DNA of 52,554 bases from Candidatus Bathyarchaeia archaeon. GTDB taxonomy: Archaea > Thermoproteota > Bathyarchaeia > Bathyarchaeales > Bathycorpusculaceae. The notes below the pieces were generated by a model that saw only the letters and a list, made by a program, of their open reading frames with translations, was not told the origin of the DNA and made no database searches. Shown here in pieces: positions 48,589 through 52,554 of this stretch (the first letter of the stretch is position 1; each line of letters starts with the position of its first letter). The stretch spans positions 1-52,554 of the forward strand of contig JBEKBM010000023.1 in the NCBI GenBank assembly GCA_050015395.1. Reading direction: 5' to 3'. The position numbers and the translations under genes were made by a program.

Positions 48589-49503
48589 TTGTCACAAAAC
48601 AAACAAAAGGAAAATAATGAGAGGCGCTGGCTTGGAATTTTAAAGAAATTATTTCCTCTATGGGAAGCTTTGGGCTTTCACATTACTGAGCCGATTCCTG
48701 ATTCGAGAACTCTCAAAAATAAGTTATGGCAAAATCATTCTGAACTTATTGGAATTGATTTGAATGAGCAAGGACAACTTGAACTTCTTTCCGATTTTGC
48801 ATCCAAATTTAAGAATGAATATGATCGTTTGCCACTTAATTGGGATCAAAACTTGAAGCCTTATGAATATTACATAAATAATGGTGGCTTTGGGTCGGGA
48901 GATGGAGAAATTCTCTATTGTATGATACGCTATTTCAAGCCAAAAAGAATTTTTGAAATTGGATCTGGAAATTCAACTTACTTGTCCGCTCAAGCAGTTC
49001 TAAAAAATAAAGAGGAAGAAAAAAACTATGAATGTGAATTGGTGGTAATCGACCCATATCCCCAAAATATCGTTCAAGCTGGGTTTCCAGGACTCTCCAA
49101 ACTAATACCTAAAAAAGTTCAAGATATACCCTGGCAGGAGTTCAAAAATTTGAGAGAGAACGATATTCTTTTTATCGACTCAAGTCACGTCTTGACAATA
49201 GGAAGTGATGTTCAGTACGAATATCTTGAAATATTGCCAAGAATCAACAAAGGAGTAATCGTTCACAGTCATGACATATTTTTGCCAGCAGAATATCCTA
49301 AAGACTGGGTTCTGAAAGGACACAGGTTCTGGACTGAACAATACTTGCTTCAAGCATTTCTAGCTTTTAATGACAGTTTTGAAGTATTATGGGCTGGATC
49401 TTATATGCACTTAAAGCATCCCGACAGGCTCGAAGCATCTTTTAGTTCATATAAACGAGAAAAGATAACTCCAGGAAGTTTTTGGATACGAAGAATGAAA
49501 TGA
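48589..49503 (+). CDS. Class I SAM-dependent methyltransferase (Methyltransf_24-like, often glycan-associated)
   Basis: KPKRIFEIGSG.ST, IDPYP, DILFIDSSH, HDIFLP.EYP, W.EQYLLQAFL. Confidence 0.88.
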   Translation: MSQNKQKENNERRWLGILKKLFPLWEALGFHITEPIPDSRTLKNKLWQNHSELIGIDLNEQGQLELLSDFASKFKNEYDRLPLNWDQNLKPYEYYINNGGFGSGDGEILYCMIRYFKPKRIFEIGSGNSTYLSAQAVLKNKEEEKNYECELVVIDPYPQNIVQAGFPGLSKLIPKKVQDIPWQEFKNLRENDILFIDSSHVLTIGSDVQYEYLEILPRINKGVIVHSHDIFLPAEYPKDWVLKGHRFWTEQYLLQAFLAFNDSFEVLWAGSYMHLKHPDRLEASFSSYKREKITPGSFWIRRMK

Positions 49504-49557
49504 CGCTTTTAGGCATATAAGAACTCGCATGTTAACGCATCAAATAGGGGTAACCGA

Positions 49558-49669
49558 CGAAAATTTACAAAGAAATATAGCCAACGAAGACTTGACAGCA
49601 CCTTATGATGTAGTCGGTAAGTTACCGACCGAAAGTTGACATGAATCCCCATCAACCGAAGACTTGAAA
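49558..49669. repeat. Four related CGAA(G)ANTTKAMA motifs (72-bp period) around a perfect 17-bp palindrome
   Basis: Motifs at 49558, 49585, 49630 and 49657; GTCGGTAA-G-TTACCGAC at 49613-49629. Confidence 0.65.
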
Positions 49670-49947
49670 GAACCCGGTTTGCAGCCTTACAGAGAAACTC
49701 GCTGGTAGTTTAACCGTTACTTACGTTGGGTCCTTTTCTGTTTTACCTTGTAGGGTATTAACGATTGCCTATAGATTAAAGGCGTGAATTCTTTGTGAAG
49801 TCTAAGGGAACGACCATAAATCCAAGCAAGGTAAAAAAATTCCCACTTACTACCTAAAAAAGTAATTTAATTTCCAAATCATATAAATCCCCAAATCCAT
49901 TTTAGGAGCAAAGATAACTCAAGAGAATAAGGTGCGGAAAAAAACAA

Positions 49948-50763
49948 TTGCTCAAAGACGAAACGCTCAAAGAAAAAATTTACCAAGCAAACGTTTTTGT
50001 CCACAGACAAGAAGCGCAATATTACGAATTGCTCCATCCAGAAGTGTACAGTAAACAAGAGCAAAGAAGAATAACTGCAAAACTAGAAATGATGCACAAG
50101 CTTGTGACAGATGACCAAAAAAACGCTCTTGATGTTGGAGCAGGCACCGGCAACTTAACAGGCAAACTTTTGCAGATGGGCTATAAAGTTACAGCCGTAG
50201 ACATCTCAGCAGAAATGTGTGCAATCCTTCAAACCAAATACAACGCTTACTTGAAAAACAGTAAATTAACTATAATCAACTCACCAATAGAAAATCTAAC
50301 CTTTAACGTTGGCAAATTTGACTTAATAACCTGCTACTCTGTGCTTCACCACCTACCTGATTACGTCACCGCACTCAGAAGCCTCTCAGTCCTTCTAAAG
50401 AAAGGCGGCGTAATCTACATTGACCATGAAGCATCCCCTTTCTACTGGAAAACTGAACCAAGCAGCTTAGCCAACTTCATCAAAGGCATCTATTTTCATT
50501 CAAACCCCATATTTAACAGCTTATACTTCCAAATTATCGGACTAAAAGTTCCCTCAATCGATTATTCCCTGTCGGATTACTGGCACAAAAAACAACACGC
50601 GTTAGACCACAAAAGCATAGAACAAATATTCAAAAAAGAGAACTATGAATTCTCAAAGCGCACGGACTATTATCAAAACAGCACATGGATTCCGAATCTC
50701 CTATCCATAATTTATCGTCTCCTTTGCAGGCCTGAAATGAGTTTTTGGACAGCTAAAAAATAA
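49948..50763 (+). CDS. Class I SAM-dependent methyltransferase (UbiE/Methyltransf_11-like)
   Basis: ALDVGAGTG, AVDIS.EM, FDLITCYSVLHHLPD, LKKGG. Confidence 0.9.
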   Translation: MLKDETLKEKIYQANVFVHRQEAQYYELLHPEVYSKQEQRRITAKLEMMHKLVTDDQKNALDVGAGTGNLTGKLLQMGYKVTAVDISAEMCAILQTKYNAYLKNSKLTIINSPIENLTFNVGKFDLITCYSVLHHLPDYVTALRSLSVLLKKGGVIYIDHEASPFYWKTEPSSLANFIKGIYFHSNPIFNSLYFQIIGLKVPSIDYSLSDYWHKKQHALDHKSIEQIFKKENYEFSKRTDYYQNSTWIPNLLSIIYRLLCRPEMSFWTAKK

Positions 50764-52140
50764 TTAAGCAATTCCTACGGTTTTCTGAGCGCTGGGATTC
50801 AATCTCCTTTTTGCAAAGTTCACAACGCCTTCACGCCTAATTCTCTTAATTATCTGCTTTGGTGACCTATGAAATTCTTTGAAAAATCTTCTTTGAATCG
50901 CCATAAGCGAGTTGTAATCAAATTCCTCGGTCTTTACGCTGAGCAAAAACTCGTCAAGGCGAACGTAATTTTTCGACTCCAAAACTTCTTGGTAAAGCTT
51001 GCTGTCTGGATTAGCAATGAAAATGTTGAATAGACACCAGTCAGGATTTAATTTTTTAGCGAATTTTAACGAGGCTTCCATGTCCTTTAACGTTTCATCT
51101 GGGACACCGAGCATGAAAGAGCATGCAGTTTGTATTCCGTTTTTGCGGCAAAGTTTGAACGCGCTTTCTATCTGCTCTAGCGTTGTATTTCTGCCGATCC
51201 GCTGTAAAATTTTCTGCGAACCTGATTCAACTCCAAACCAAATAGTTTTGCATCCAGCTTTGCTCATCTTTTCTAAAAGTTCTTGATCTACTAAATCCAC
51301 ACGTGTATCGCAGACCCATTCTAAATCCAGCTTGTTTTTTATCATTAGGTTGCATAGTTCAATAGTTTCTTTTTTTCTGAGAGTGAAGTTGTCGTTGATA
51401 AAGTAAAGTCCTTTTGTGCCGTATTTGCTCATTAAATCTTGGATTTCGCCGATAACTCTCTGCGGACTGAAGGCTCGGCACATGTTTCCCCAGAGTTTTC
51501 TTGTTTCGCAAAAGCCGCAGTTGAATACGCATCCACGTGAGATGCTCATGACGTCGGCGGGTTTAACGTTCAAAAACTCTATTGTCCTATCATACAGTTC
51601 AAGCGGCAATAGGTGTCTTGCTGGGTAAGGAACCTCGTCGAGGTTTTCGATGAATTTCGGCTGGTTTTTGATGTTTTTTCCTTGGCGTCTGCATGCAACG
51701 CCTGGAATAGTTGCGGCAGCGGGCTCATTGCCGTTTGTGATGCATGTGGCAAGTTGTGTTATTGCTCTTTCGCCTTCACCCATAACCACATAATCGATTT
51801 CTGGGTTCGCCAGTAAACTATCAGGCACGTAGGAAGCATGCCATCCACCAACAACTATTTTGCAGTTAGGCAGGGCTTCTTTGATGGCTTTTGCTGTTTC
51901 TATGCAGCGAGCGTAAGTGGCTGAGCCGCATGTAATGCCCACAATTTGCGGGTTAAGGTTTGTGACTAATTGCTTGATTTCACCAGTTGATTTTTTCATG
52001 AGGTAGTTGTCGAGCATTTGCACCTCGAAGCCTGCTTTTTCGAGTGCTGCGGCAACGTACATTAATCCGATTGGAGGCAACCGTTTGCCAAGGTACCATG
52101 CGCCGTTTTCTGGCGGAGCAGTAGTCATTAAGAGAATCAA
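50764..52140 (-). CDS. B12-binding radical SAM enzyme
   Basis: PPIGLMY.AA.L, GGWHAS, MGEGE, SRGCVFNCGFC, DNFT, FGVESG, LGVPDET. Confidence 0.93.
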   Translation of the reverse strand: MILLMTTAPPENGAWYLGKRLPPIGLMYVAAALEKAGFEVQMLDNYLMKKSTGEIKQLVTNLNPQIVGITCGSATYARCIETAKAIKEALPNCKIVVGGWHASYVPDSLLANPEIDYVVMGEGERAITQLATCITNGNEPAAATIPGVACRRQGKNIKNQPKFIENLDEVPYPARHLLPLELYDRTIEFLNVKPADVMSISRGCVFNCGFCETRKLWGNMCRAFSPQRVIGEIQDLMSKYGTKGLYFINDNFTLRKKETIELCNLMIKNKLDLEWVCDTRVDLVDQELLEKMSKAGCKTIWFGVESGSQKILQRIGRNTTLEQIESAFKLCRKNGIQTACSFMLGVPDETLKDMEASLKFAKKLNPDWCLFNIFIANPDSKLYQEVLESKNYVRLDEFLLSVKTEEFDYNSLMAIQRRFFKEFHRSPKQIIKRIRREGVVNFAKRRLNPSAQKTVGIA

Positions 52141-52460
52141 ATGAGAATTTTCTCCTGTTTACAGAATTGTTTATTCCGTAGGTGAGCGTGCACGCTTTTG
52201 CCTCTCTATCAATGTTTTGCTTAAAACTTTGATTATATGCGAGTTAATAGCTTTAACGGCACAGAATGCTGATGCAGGTTTCGTTTGTGTTTTTGCTGTT
52301 TTTCGAGATTTAAATTCAAGCTTCTGGAAACTATAAGGACCAAAATTAATCAACTTCTAATACTACAACAACTCTAAAGCGTGTTTGAGCAAAGGGTGAC
52401 GGTTAACGAAAAGGTTTATAGCCCTTCCAAGTGCCTTTTCCAGAATGAAGAGGGCTCAAA

Positions 52461-52554
52461 ATGAAAGTTGTCGTCCACTGGAGTGGGGGCAAAGAATGCT
52501 GCTTAGCTTACCACAAAGTCATCAAACAGGGACATCAGGTTGCTTATCTTCTCA
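52461..52554 (+). CDS. N-terminus of a diphthine--ammonia ligase/DUF71 PP-loop ATPase family protein (runs off the window)
   Basis: MKVVVHWSGGKECCLAYHKVIKQGHQVAYLL; variant of the SGGKDS PP-loop. Confidence 0.75.
   Translation, partial: MKVVVHWSGGKECCLAYHKVIKQGHQVAYLL

Noticed and set aside
48660-48710. Possible small in-frame deletion in the methyltransferase N-terminus (GFHIT-EPIPD)
   Set aside because: Based only on recollection of homologs; cannot be supported without an alignment

Overview
This is an archaeal window, most consistent with Bathyarchaeia (TACK). The taxonomy is inferred from rps25e, an archaeal histone, TrmB regulators, expanded PQQ-type beta-propeller surface proteins and frequent TTG starts. 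The first ~24 kb is mostly core genes: pyrC, rpoK, thermosome, a TrpY-like regulator with trpB2, tetraether synthase Tes, rps25e, rps17e, histone, SAMP and nucleotide-sugar/glycosylation genes. An AT-rich insert (~6.3-9.7 kb) interrupts it and carries an AbiE-like type IV toxin-antitoxin pair whose antitoxin is fused to a NucS/PD-(D/E)xK nuclease-like domain, with paired inverted-repeat operators. The second half is an accessory surface and modification region: three large PQQ-like beta-propeller proteins, a radical SAM/SPASM enzyme, three B12-binding radical SAM enzymes, methyltransferases, cbiB, a DUF5678 plus retropepsin pair, pseudogene fragments and an IS6-like transposase. Signals missing from the ORF track include an rpoK with no canonical start (ACG, in frame with the thermosome stop), tandem TRP-box-like operators, a frameshifted GT2 remnant and a 72-bp-period motif array with a perfect palindrome. 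All calls rest on motif recognition by eye; no searches were run.
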